Shown piece after piece: positions 43,601 through 55,556 of a stretch of DNA of 64,000 nt (position 1 is the first letter of the stretch; each line of letters opens with the position of its first letter). The notes beneath the pieces are model-generated. The model was not told the DNA's origin, made no database searches, and saw nothing but the letters and a program-made list of their open reading frames with translations. The position numbers and the translations under genes are program-made. The DNA lies in contig NMRA01000505.1 in NCBI GenBank assembly GCA_002633005.1, positions 172,580-236,579 on the forward strand. Direction: 5' to 3'. This DNA comes from Phoronis australis (lineage: Eukaryota > Animalia > Phoronida).

Positions 43601-44771
43601 CTGCTGATAGATAATCATGTAACTTGAAAAAGAACAAGACTGACGACAAAAGTTTATGGAGGATTCTGTAAGTAAGCACTCTATCTTTGGACTGGTCACT
43701 ATAGTACCTGGTGTTTTGCTAACTTTAAAATTAAATGAAAAAATAAGAACAACTTCTTGCAAGAAAACCCTATTTTAAGTTTGTTCATAAAATATAAAAG
43801 CATGCACGTGTTCACTTTGTCACCGTTTACATAATGTTTCAAGCACGTTGAAACGTCGATGCTTAATTGTGTAACATCGTGTTTGTGTAATAAGTCTTTG
43901 AAGCGTTCGGAGTAACATATGTTCGCCGAGTAATGAAATTTTAGATTAATATTTCATGATAAAGTAAAAATTGTGGTGTCATACCATAGGCGGATAAAGG
44001 GCCCCGAGGACACACTCCAACTGAAGGCGACTAAGAAACGCCGCCAACATATCGTTTCTGTGCGTTGCTCGCCTATTTTCTTCTTAAATTGTGTTTGCCC
44101 CACCTTTGGAGACCGCTTGGAATGCACGCGGACCTTTGCCTTCCACTGCAGACTATCAAAGTGTTTTAACAAACTTAAACTTAGTGGAGCAGTACAAACA
44201 CCTTAGGTATGCAAATAGCTATATTTTCACACTCGTGGTTTGAACAAGAATTAATAGATACAAGAATCTAGCGAAGAAGAATGTGTGGTCACGTGCTTCG
44301 CTAGTATCATAACTAAGTCTTGCTCGTTTGTGCATTCATTCGCACGAACCTCTAGTGTCTACTCAACACACGTACAGCAGTCTTCATGCGTATACCGTAC
44401 AATTTTTAACGATTTGTATAATTGTCGCTTTTTACAGAAATCATTCTTCAATTGCTCCCGCGAGAGTTTACAAAGTACGATCGGATGATCTAATTTAACA
44501 TTGGCGTGGAATGTTTTGAAATAAAATTTAACAGACTCTCCCCCCACCATCAAATGTTTCCCGACTACGCCAATGTTAAAGTGTCATTTTGGCGCTGTTG
44601 AGCTGTCATTGCTGAATTCTTAACTAAAACGCTTTGGGGTTCAAAACTTAGCCAGCACCATCGTCTGACTCAGGTTCAGCGTCAGTTTGCGTACGCTTTG
44701 GAAATATGGGCAAAGAAAAAATGTGGGAAAGAAAAGTGTTCTAACAGACGCACCCTAGTCGTGCGATGTTC

Positions 44772-46688
44772 TTAATCCAAATACTGAAATATTTTCAGGT
44801 TGCCTGTGTATCGTTCTAAAACAGCAACCTCGCCTGGATTCGTCACAAACAGCCCAATAGGAGATCTTACGTCATCGCGCGTGATAGGCACGCATTCTTG
44901 CTGCAACCGATTTGACATCAAAACTACTTGGTTTTTGTTATCATCAACAATGAGAATGTTGTCCCACTCATCAGCGCAGTCGCAAAACCACAATCTTCCC
45001 CAACACATGGTTGACCTAATAAGTTTTTGCAGATTGTGGTCGATTACCAATATGCGTCCAATTTTGTGATCACAGACCACGAGGTGACCCTCACTGTCTG
45101 CACACATCCCCCAGGGGGTGAACGTGATCAATCCAAGAGTAGATTTATCGATTACAGATTTGACTGTGCAATCGTGGTCAGCAATAACAATACGCTCGCC
45201 ACCGAAATCACTAATGAAAAGTTGACTGTTGTGGCAATTTATACAACCACTCACGCTGTACATATTAGGAACTATCTTAACAAGCTCTCCGCGCTCATTA
45301 AAACACACAACGCCATGGATGCCGTCATCGGTAACAAATATCATATCGCTTCCCCAAGCCACGCTGGTGGGCATCTGTAACTTGAAAAGGGTTTGGTCCA
45401 CCTCAAACACGAAACTACCGGTAGCTCTTGCGAACACTTTAACCCTTTTGTTAGCAATGTCAGCGATCACAAACCAATCATCGCTAACACCTAACCCTGA
45501 GCAGTTAACAGTATCTTCCCCGTGAATTCGTGTGCTAAAATGTCGTACCAAGCAGGCCTTCTCTTTAGAGGTCGGCTGTTCAGACAGGCATGGAGAAACA
45601 CGTCGTTGTTTTAGTTCTGTGACGAACTTTATCTTGAAATCTGGAATTGGTGGCTCTTCTGACAGCAATGTTATCACTGGCTTCAACACTTCCATTGGCA
45701 ATTGTCGAACATCGAATTCAAAACAGGTCTTGATGTCTCTGAATTGCTGAAGCTTTTCAATGTCCTTCACAGAATCCAAAATTTTTTGCGCGTAGCCCAT
45801 AGAATCCGTGATTAACGCTCTTCGGGCCTCTGCGTCATCGTATGCCATGTTTGCTTGTTCACGGACTTTCGATACTTCCTCTTGCAACCTACAGAAATGC
45901 CGACTTTTCTTCAAAGAAATTTCCCTCATGAAAACCTCAAATGTTTTCTCTAATTTCTGTATCGCATTGGCTTCTTGCTCGTCAAGTTCGGATAAAACCT
46001 GTTTACGCTCGACTGACAAGTCTTCCGAATGTTTCTTTACCAGTTCCCAGCGGTCCAACAACTGTCGCATGGCATCGTTAACTTCAGTTACGGCCTCTTC
46101 CATGTTCAACTTCTTATGGCCTTTGTGTTCGAATACTGCGCACAAAAGGCACATGGGTGTCAGGCATTGCAGGCAAAACAATTGCACAACTGCGTCTGCG
46201 TGAACTGAACAGTAAACCTTCACAGAACGGCCAGTGTCGTCAAGATTTGTACCATTTTGGAAGTCTTCTAAACTGATCACCTGGTGATTGAAAGTTACTT
46301 TCGTCTTGCAGTGAGCTTGAGCACAGCTTTCGCAAAGAGGGTCGGTGCAAGTGACACAGATAGACTCCGCAATGCCCACAGTCTCCTGGAGTTTACAAAA
46401 TGCACATACCAATTCCGAGTCGTGATTGGAGCATGACTTGCTGGTGTGGGCGACAAGCACGTTTGATTCGAATCCTGTCACACCGCCGTCTGGAACAGAA
46501 GATTCTGTGTTACATACCGGACACAGCAAAGTCGCGTTTTCGCCATTTTCTTCTATTTTCTGCTTGAGACATTCTTCACAGAACGCGTGAATACATGGTA
46601 GAATTTTTGGACCTTCGACAGTTTCCCGACATATCAGGCATGTGATCCACATCACCGGCGCCACTGAAGTATCACTCTTTGGAACCTC
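44772..46688 (-). CDS. TRIM-NHL-type E3 ubiquitin ligase (RING, two B-boxes, coiled coil, NHL-like beta-propeller; TRIM2/3/56-like), main exon
   Basis: 643-codon open frame. RING CLIC..LPCIHAFCEEC..CPVC; B-box1 CAFC..CVTC..LCESCAQAH..H; B-box2 CSVH..FCLQC..MCLLC..HKGH; a heptad-rich region; NHL-like repeats (IADIANKRVKVF, FVTDDGIH, PWGMCADSEGHLVVCD). The track start is a TTG. A splice acceptor (tttattgcag|GAG) opens the exon at 46688, and there is an in-exon ATG at 46652. Confidence 0.92.
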   Translation of the reverse strand, partial: EVPKSDTSVAPVMWITCLICRETVEGPKILPCIHAFCEECLKQKIEENGENATLLCPVCNTESSVPDGGVTGFESNVLVAHTSKSCSNHDSELVCAFCKLQETVGIAESICVTCTDPLCESCAQAHCKTKVTFNHQVISLEDFQNGTNLDDTGRSVKVYCSVHADAVVQLFCLQCLTPMCLLCAVFEHKGHKKLNMEEAVTEVNDAMRQLLDRWELVKKHSEDLSVERKQVLSELDEQEANAIQKLEKTFEVFMREISLKKSRHFCRLQEEVSKVREQANMAYDDAEARRALITDSMGYAQKILDSVKDIEKLQQFRDIKTCFEFDVRQLPMEVLKPVITLLSEEPPIPDFKIKFVTELKQRRVSPCLSEQPTSKEKACLVRHFSTRIHGEDTVNCSGLGVSDDWFVIADIANKRVKVFARATGSFVFEVDQTLFKLQMPTSVAWGSDMIFVTDDGIHGVVCFNERGELVKIVPNMYSVSGCINCHNSQLFISDFGGERIVIADHDCTVKSVIDKSTLGLITFTPWGMCADSEGHLVVCDHKIGRILVIDHNLQKLIRSTMCWGRLWFCDCADEWDNILIVDDNKNQVVLMSNRLQQECVPITRDDVRSPIGLFVTNPGEVAVLERYTGNLKIFQYLD

Positions 46689-46821
46689 CTGCAATAAAGG
46701 CAAATGTTCTTTTTAAACCAGGCCGCGGTAGTAATATCTAAATAGACACTTCAACTCTTCATACCCCTAATTTTGACATAAAGCGACCATGCCGTAAACA
46801 TCCATCAGGCACATTTGTTAC

Positions 46822-46848
46822 CTCGTTTTCGTGCCACTGGAGTTTCAT
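46822..46848 (-). CDS. Candidate first coding exon of the TRIM gene (MKLQWHENE)
   Basis: ATG AAA CTC CAG TGG CAC GAA AAC GAG|gtaac joins in phase 0 to the acceptor at 46688. Confidence 0.4.
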
Positions 46849-47449
46849 ATGCTATTTGTTGTTGTCCGATTCGTTACAAATTTTTCTTGGTTGCATTACT
46901 CTATTCGCCCTTCCAATGCCAATGAAGTATTACTGCTGTGCCATGGGCCGCAACTCCGGCGTGAGAAAGTTTGATAAATTGGAAAAACACCCGCGGATGC
47001 GTGACCCTGAAATTCTTCACCTTCCCGATATCAATGGCAGCAACGCTGTCTGTCTGTCTGTTTATGCGTGACGGTGTGCGTGTGCGTGTGTATGATTGTG
47101 TGTGTGTGTGTGTGAGAGATTGTGTGCGTGGAAGGGACCAGAGGAAGACAGGGAGAGGGAAAGGCAGCGGGAGACAGCGTGAGGGATAGTCAGAGGGGGA
47201 GAGGGTGTGTGGGAGGGGAAGGGAAGGGAGAGGGAGGGGAGAGTGAGAGAGATATCTATTATATGACATGCATCGTTTGCAAAAACACCCTCTCCCTCGC
47301 TCTGCTACAGACCTTAGTTGCGCCCGTTTCGGCACCGTCTTGGTCCCAGGTATTGCATCGGCCCCCTATTTGGATTTGAGGTGTTCTATTTTTTTTTTCT
47401 TGGGCCGTTTTTGTGCGGACGCGGAGGGAGCGTGGTCAGTTTCGTACTG

Positions 47450-47880
47450 GCCTTGGTGACGTCAGTCGGTCGGCTCAACGGCCTGGGTGACGTCACTCCG
47501 TCGGCTTGATTTCACTCCCTCCGGCTTCTGTCGCGTACATAATTCATAGGGCCTGTCGCCGCCAAAATTATGATGCCTCATTAAAATTTTTTTAGTCCTT
47601 GAGTAAACTGAGTTATTTCCCCGGGTGTTGGAAAATTGGCGTTCTTTAGTTATTCTGATGCTAAAATTGCGATGCGCTTTGGGGCGCCATTGCGTCACCT
47701 ATTGGCCAATTTCCATGAGCTTCAACCAACTGTGAGGTTGCGTACAAGTCGTAAAAATCGGAAGTGGTTTCATTTTGTTACAACTTTTTACTATTTTAAT
47801 ACCAGAAAACTCAATTTCAGAACAAACTCTCCAGAGACATCGCAAATTTTTAGGAAATGGCGAGTACGTGCGCATGTCAC
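47450..47880. promoter_or_regulatory. Promoter-like motif cluster upstream of the TRIM gene
   Basis: Two full CRE palindromes TGACGTCA (47457-47464, 47488-47495), ATTGGCCAAT at 47701, CGGAAGT at ~47759 and TGCGCATG at ~47869, in CpG-richer DNA. Confidence 0.4.
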
Positions 47881-48564
47881 GAGTACGGTATGCACTGTTT
47901 TCAAAAGGACGGTCGGACAGATTTTCCTTTGTTACAAAAGGGGGAGAATTACGAAAAATAACGTTTATTAGATTTTTTTACTTCTATCAACGGATGTAAC
48001 AGGCAAGGTGAATGTCGGTTCATTCCCAGATTCTGCATGCACCCCTGCAGGTTGTAAGCTTTAAGTTTCACGACGACGAGCTGAGCACCTGGGTTGTGTG
48101 AAATTTCGGTGTGCGACGGAGCAATCTACACACGGCTACCGAGCTGTATGTTGACGATAGTCTTCATACAGCTAGCTGGCTTTCTTCCTCAGTATGTACA
48201 TTTATGATTCAACTTTTGTAAATACATCTATAAGCTTTGTGGGCTATACGATATTTTAAATGCATTCTTAGTCTTCACTTCAGAAGAGTAATATCTGATA
48301 ACCGTACTTTGTGTTACGGCAGGGTCAAATGTTCTCAGTGGAAAGAAAGTTGTACTGTATAGGGAAAGAATCCCGCAGCCGCACACCTTGCTTACTGAAG
48401 TATGACAGTGACAGAAATTCTGCTTGAAGCTTTGAACACGGTCTCTTCAAGAAGTATTCCCGTCTCTTGCGATGAACACTCGGTTCACTCTTATGTGAGC
48501 TATTTCCCTCCCTCGGCGTTTCCCACTAGCTGCTACTCGTGCCAAAGCACGGGTAGCGGCTAGT

Positions 48565-48566
48565 GT

Positions 48567-48645
<79 letters not shown>
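48565..48645. repeat. (TA)n microsatellite
   Basis: Direct reading. Confidence 0.97.
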
Positions 48646-48647
<2 letters not shown>

Positions 48648-49384
48648 GTAACCTAGTTTTTATATGTGTGTATGCATGTATGTTTGTATGTATGCTAGCA
48701 TGTATGCATGCAAGTGTGTGTTTGCGTGTGCATGTGTGTGGAAGGGACAAGAGGGAGGCAGGGAGGGATAGAAAGTGAACCTACTTGAAACTGAACACTG
48801 TTCCCGTTTCATTTTAAATGCCTAATTAATAACAGCCTCAGCTTGGTTTCCAGTCGAATCGTTTTTATAAATTTGTCTACACTTAATTGTGCCGCATAAT
48901 ATGTTTAGGGAAGATATTTGCATCTTAGATTGCTCTAAAAGGGACATTGAAAGCAAAAGTGAAACTCAGATTCAGTAAGGCTGAACACAAAAACGACGTA
49001 GCCTCTCATGACGAACATTATAATCAGTGGGTTACAGGCGGTATCGAAACTTGACGCAGAGCGTTGGAATGATTTTAACCCCAGTTATTTCACTAACCCA
49101 AACCTCTCTTCGGTTGAAAGGGTACTCCAGCGAATCTACACTTTTTTCAAATTCAAAGAACACGATAACAATCAATTAAGATACAAGTTCATCGTCCGTT
49201 CTGAAGTCGAAGACGTCACCAGTCTCTCGTGGGACTTAGACGTTGAGCTTGCCGCAGCGTAACACGAAATTTCTCGACTTATATTCAAAAACAGACCCCG
49301 TCGTACAGCAGCAATCCTATTCCAAAACTTTGAACGCGAATGTGAAACCGTGGCAAGCATAATTCAAACGAACCACATATGTAG

Positions 49385-51060
49385 GACTAACTAAACTCAA
49401 TTTTTATTCATATTTTCATTTTGCTCTAGCATTATAATTACACGTCACATAAAACAATACAATATACATCATTTACAAAGAATAACATTAAATCACTAGT
49501 CAACAAGTACCGTATTTTCTTCAGGATGTAATTTAATAAAGTTTACGAACATTTGGAAATTGAGATTTTTTTTAACAAACTTTTAGCTAAATATGTAATT
49601 TTTTGCTAGCATGATCGACAGATTAATGATACAATTTTCCGACTGAATGTTTCCCAAAAAACCAAAAAGCACTGTTATTTTGTCCACATGAAAATTTACA
49701 TGATATGTTTGTTTTAACCACTCAGCAAACAGGAGCCAGAAACCGGAGACAAGACGACATTCCAAAAACAGATTGAGAAAAGTTTCACTGTGTTCACCAC
49801 AGAAAGAGCATAACTCACTTGTTTTTATTTTAATTTTATGCAAATAATTATTGGTTGACAATATTCTGTGATTTATTACGCAAAATTTTGTAAATATAAC
49901 TTCTTAAGACCCCTGTACGCTGCAAAGGTTGCACTTCTTAATGCATAGAATTCTATTATTATAAAAAGAATTATAATAAAGTTATAACTCTTCCAGAGTT
50001 CTTCGTGTGACATAAAAGAACCTTCGGCATTAAGCAAATCACACACACACACACACACACACACACGGTAGACTCCCCTTTCACACCAGGACTTTAATCT
50101 TTGAATTATACCACAGGGGAGAGTAAATATTTTCATTTTTGTCACACATTTGAAACAGGAGCACAATATCGCTTAAAACTTCCTTCCAGAACAGATTGTC
50201 GGTTCCTTCAGCTATTTTTTTAAGGAAAGCGTCTCCCATTTTAAAATAAAGTAATCAACTTTACAAACCAAAACTGCCTCTGCAAGGTCACGTATGGTAT
50301 TTGAGGTAAATAGTTTACGAAGCCACGATATTTTCAAAGACTTAATAAAAAAACTAACATGAACCATTTTTAAACGACCATGATCCTGATTTTGTACAAT
50401 TTCATTTCGGCTAACTCTGTCATTCTTCCCATTCTAAATGAAGCCAAAAGCCTCGCTCTAATTCTTGGAAGGGCTAGGGAGGGATTGAAGCAAATGAACA
50501 ATCTTGGGCAATAAAAATGTCTTAACCACGGTTATTTTACCTAAAACAGTAAGAATTCTTCTTGACCAAGAGCCCACCATTTTTTTATTTTCGAAAAGCC
50601 TGCCACATAGTTAATACATGCCACTGTATTATAATCAGCAGAGATGTTAATGCCCAAAAAAATGAAAGGTTTGTTAGTCCATAACAGGTTTTCATTGACA
50701 CAAAGTTTTTCGTCAGAGTCTTTTGAAGCCATCCTAACACTTGTTTTCTCGATATTTGGCTTCAAACCAGAAAACTTGGTCAATTAAATTCAAATATGAT
50801 CTAAGAGATAAATCAGAACCGTCCAAAATTGTGTTGTCGGCGTACTGGATCAGTTTAAACTCAGAAACACTTATCCTGACCCCAGTGATGCCACCTTCCC
50901 GTCTAATTAAATTACCCAATATTTCTACACACAATACAAAAGGTAAAGAGAAATGAGGTCTCCTTGACGACAGTCTCTCTCATTTCAAAAACTCAAAGAA
51001 AAATCCATAAAAATTCTACTGTAAAGCCATCTGGGCCAGGACTTTTGTTGTTTTTTAAAT
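49385..51060 (-). mobile_element. Decayed L1/Tx1-type LINE ORF2 (RT + C-terminal zinc-finger region)
   Basis: CVEILGNLIRREGGITGVRI..LIQYADNT, FSGLKPNIEKT, LCSFCGEHSETFLNLFLEC; many stops and frameshifts. Confidence 0.88.
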
Positions 51061-51214
51061 CTTTCAGAGTTGCATGGATTTCCTCCAAAGTGATAGTTTT
51101 CAAGTTCGACTCCGTTAGACTGGTTTAGTCTAACCAAACCCAGTGTTACTTTTCGTGACATTCTGTTACTTGTAACATTAAGGCGTTTTCCCGTTGATTC
51201 TAACTTGTTCGATT

Positions 51215-54200
51215 CTATAGCCCAACAACAAGTTGGGACGATGACCCCTGTAGCCAATATCTTACACGACTGATTAACTCCATTCTGGCATTGATGGTTG
51301 GAGGGCCAGCTCTCTTTTGTTCGATAATTGCTCTAAGCTGCAATAAGATCGTATCTAGCTTGACTAGGATGTGCTGTTAAAAATAAAAGTTAAGTTATAA
51401 CATATTTGAACACAAACCAATAGCATTTCTGAATTTCTCGTCAAATGCTGGTGATGTTTAGTTTTTAAATCGCCAAAATCGTCCAACTACAACCGAAGTT
51501 ACAACAATCTAGATATTCTTTCTCTGGGTTTGACTGTGTTCACATGTGGTCTGTAATATGACTGGTAGATAATTGGTCTGCCTGTTGTCATACCAGACAA
51601 AAGACTGTGCTTGGCAGTTAACAAAAGAACTAGATGTTATCGCTCGCTTACAATCCTCTACATGTTCGTCTGAACGGGAGAACGCCGTAATGAAAAATAA
51701 TTATAGCAACTGACATTTTTTTATCAGAACCTATCCACCGATATTGTTAAATTCCATTAGCCCAGAAACTACAGATGTTTATCATGACTGAGTTGTCGCC
51801 ATGGCAAGATACAACCCTGAAAATTTGAGAGAGGCTGGCCTGTCATAACCACGCTAGAACACCAAAAAGCAAAACTCCGTGGTTCTCGTCTGCACTCTGG
51901 CTCATTTTGAAACCTGTATTCTCATTACTTAAAAAGCCCCTCTCCAGATTAATACCAGTGAAGGTCACGGACTTTTTTCAAAACCCATAAAAACGCAAGC
52001 GAGGCTTTTCAAACACCTTAGCTACATGTAGTTGCTAGGTGAACTAAATGTACCTCATGATTGGCCGGCAGTGACACGTTGCTTAGCACCCTCCCGTCCA
52101 CCTAGACACCATTAGAGTGTCATGGCATATTGGAACTGTTTTCAGAAACCAGCATCAACGTTTGCTCATTTTGGATGATCGATTTGTTGGGAAATTAAAC
52201 AACTAAAAATACTGGAACCACCGCACAAACTTTTCAACAAAAAACCCCCACCACAACCATGTTTGTTTCACATAACAGCAGTTGTACAGTACTACACAGG
52301 AATGCTCTATATCTGTCACAACATTTTTATATTTAGGCGCGATCGTGTCTCTTGTTTGAATCGATGACCTATAAAGAACAATTGTATGGCATATATTTAC
52401 TCTGTCTTATGTTTAGAGAAGTACTCATTTCATAGCGAAACAGCCGCATTCACAACACTATCACATTTCTTCGAAAGATGTGTATGTCTTTGCTGCCTGC
52501 CGTGATTGGGTCACGTTGGCTTTGTCTCGTAGTACATCCACGTGTAACAATAATGTTTTGAGACAAATGTTCACGGTGAAACGCTGCTACAGTTCTCACA
52601 GGTGTTTTGTGCTTTTCAGTCATTCTTTCATAGAAACCATAAACGTTGTATTTTTGCGAAAAATTCCTAACAGAGTTTTAAAGAACAGTATATAAAACAT
52701 TTTATCAATCAGTTTCATCATTCATTTATCAGATGTGATGTTTCGGAGTCACTTTGAATCTACGGTCTTACAAAACCTTAAAATTCTTGGAAAAAGTGAA
52801 TTCAGTCCGGCGGCCTGCTTATTGTGTTTTTCAGTCGAGTGTATCGTTTCCTCTGAGAATACCTACCTTGATGATCTCGGACATATTTAGGCTAAGAAAC
52901 CCTTTCCAATCGGCATAATGGATTAGTTGCGGCTCGTGTCCACACGCATGTACTACTAATGATAGACAAAGAGTAAAGCCAGTGACTGAAATAGCTATCC
53001 GTACAAGGGTCGGCACACCCTACATTTTTATGGAATGCAGGTCATAGCCTCGTTTCAAAAAGGGGTTTCCCCAGCAGGGCACGGATAACTCGGATCAACA
53101 TGCCAAATAAGCTGAGTACTATTAGGGAGCCAAAGAAGTCCAATAAGTCGGCGCTTCTGTACGGTGGCCCGAAAGTATCATAACCATTTCAGTTAAAATA
53201 TTCTTCCTTTTTTCACCAAGGTGGAAATAACTTACACCTAGGTAAAAATTATTTCAACCTAGGTATAAACACTATCCACCCGGATGGAAATAATTTAGAT
53301 GGAAATTATTTTCACCCGGATGGAAATTATTTTCTCCTAATTTGAAATTATTTCCACCTAGGTGAAAAAGGAAAAATAAAAAATGATATCTTCGGGCCTC
53401 ATTACTTCTGTGAAAATGTTTTTATTCAGACCACATACTGTTCAACGATATACCAATTGTGGTCGCCAAGGCAACTCATATACATAAACAAGGAACTGGC
53501 TTTTTAACAACATAAAAGCTGCCCACAGCTTATGGATGATCTGAATGAGTTCAACAATTATGACTGGTATGTGAAAACTAGAAACATTATTTTGAATATC
53601 CAGAAATCAAGCTGCCATTTGCAACTAATTGGTTCATCAACAACGTTCATTTTTTTGTGGATAGAAGCATGTGATCCTTTTTGGACTAGATTTGGCGCGA
53701 ATCCTGCATTCTTTTCAAGATATGTTTTATTCCGTTATAAAATGAAGGGCCATCATTTGCTCGCATAGTTACAATTACGAACGACGTCTACTGCTATAGA
53801 ATTTCCTGTCGTAATCTTGTTTTGTTTCATTCCATGTGAAGTTTAACTGCACTTGTAATATCAGTCATTTTTTCATATCTCTATTTGTGGAGATAGCCTA
53901 TAGCGCAATTTCAGAATTGCTAACTTGAGAAAAATATATTAAATGATTTGGCATGAAAAGGCATTTACCATCTTAACAAAAATTCAGATCACCTTGTGCT
54001 ATTTCCAAACCCTGGCCATTTCGATTATTCTCAAGCACACATCATTGACTTGTACTTTGTGTTAAACATACTATTTCCTTTACTTTCACCGACTAAGAAC
54101 ACAGAATGAGTTTTGCCAGTCAAAAGATATCGCTAAAATTAACACTTTTCCTAAATTACATCCATGTATGTACCACTGCTATTTTACTATTAATTTTTAT

Positions 54201-54322
54201 TACCTTGGTGTACGTATTTGATTGTAGTGCTGTCTTTAGGATTAATTCCACTTTCAGCTAAAGACATTGTTACATATTCCTCTAAACTGCATAAAATACC
54301 AGGCTCACAAACTCCCAACGTA
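51215..54322 (-). CDS. Tentative exons of an unidentified gene (54204-54322, 52867-53019, 51215-51373)
   Basis: Each has an AG acceptor and an open frame; the first two end in GT donors and the last in TAG. 52867-53019 and 51215-51373 join in phase 0 (..LSLNMSEIIK|HILVKLDTILLQLRAIIEQKR..VVGL*). No recognisable homology. Confidence 0.3.
53160..53404. mobile_element. IS3EU-like MITE with 6-bp TSD
   Basis: Termini TACGGTGGCCCGAA / TTCGGGCCTCATTA; TSD CTTCTG (53154-53159, 53405-53410); internal ~21-bp CACCTAGGTGAAA-type sub-repeats. Confidence 0.7.
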
Positions 54323-55090
54323 CTAAATTGAAATGGATAATTATGTAAAAACAGCATGCCCAACGTATACGTATAGTTCTGTGGATTTAACTTTTTTGTG
54401 GTTTGTTCCACCTAGTACACTTACATTGTAGGACTTTCGAACTCGTTAGGCTATCTAATTTTAATTTTTCTTAGAAAATATTAACTCAACCCGTGCGTTT
54501 CATTCTTAAAACGTTTGAATCACGTCCGGCTTTGCTTTCTTATGTATATAAAAATTTCCTAACTAAAATGAAAAATATTGGGTCAGGTTTGACGACATTT
54601 ATACCCGGAGCGCCCTTAAAAAGGTAACATTTTCGTTTGAAAAACATTGGGAAATATGTTCGAAGGCAAATTAGTCTTTAAATTTCTGCGAACCAGCTTT
54701 GTAGCCGATTTTATCGTGACTTTTTCGCGGTACTTGGTTTTAATAAATGGAGGTGGGTAATTGTTGAGTTACTTAAAGTTGCTGAACCCGAGTTTTTTTG
54801 GAGAACAAGAAAACATGACCAAAGTCATTATACTTCATTCCTTCCTCTAACGATAATCGCTGAAATATATAATCAGCTTTCAGAAAAGCCGTGGTCGAAG
54901 AATGCCTATTTTTATTCAACACCAACCTAAAACGGTAAAATCAAGGACGCAGCAACTCTAAATCAAAATTTTGATACTCGTGTTTTGAGCACATTGCCTC
55001 TCTCCCAAAACAGTTGTTGAAATGCAAACTATCTATAGTACAATTACCCAAGGTTATGATGCAAGGCATCATGCATGTGCTTGACATGAG

Positions 55091-55252
55091 CAGTGTCGGA
55101 TTTAAAGGGAGGGGGGGACAAGGGGGCCATGCCCCCCTAAAATTCTCCCAGATTCCATTTGGCAGTGCAGGGGTGCGACTGCCTGACGGGCAAAATCCAG
55201 TCTAATACTTTGCCCTGGCCCAACCTAACACAAAATTCTGGATCCGCCCCTG
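55091..55252 (-). mobile_element. ~160-bp mini-MITE (hAT5-like), inverted orientation
   Basis: CAGTGTCGGATTT..CTGGATCCGCCCCTG; flanks ATGAG/GTGAG. Confidence 0.8.
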
Positions 55253-55556
55253 GTGAGGTTCTAAGTTCAAGTCCCAGTGACTTGCACATTTCAACAGAAT
55301 GTTTGGTTTCAACCTAATGGATCTGTTTTGAATACTAAACAGATACTAGTCAAAAATATGCCACTGAAGGGTGTTAAATGGTAGTGCTACCTTCTTCGTA
55401 TGTTTGTCAAAATGAGTCTCCGAACGGACATTCCGTTGCTTGTGTGAACTCCCGTGTAAGAGCGCTGCTAAAATATGTGGCATACTTAATTTATCTCCTC
55501 CGTGAGCCTTTGTTTTATCCAGTAAACAAGACTGGGAACTGCGAATGGCGATCCTG

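Noticed and set aside
44800-46203. + strand ORFs overlapping the TRIM gene
   Set aside because: Antisense shadows of the real minus-strand CDS.
49008-49262. 84-aa + strand ORF with protein-like composition
   Set aside because: No recognisable motif or splice partners, and it abuts a LINE relic; cannot be supported without a search.
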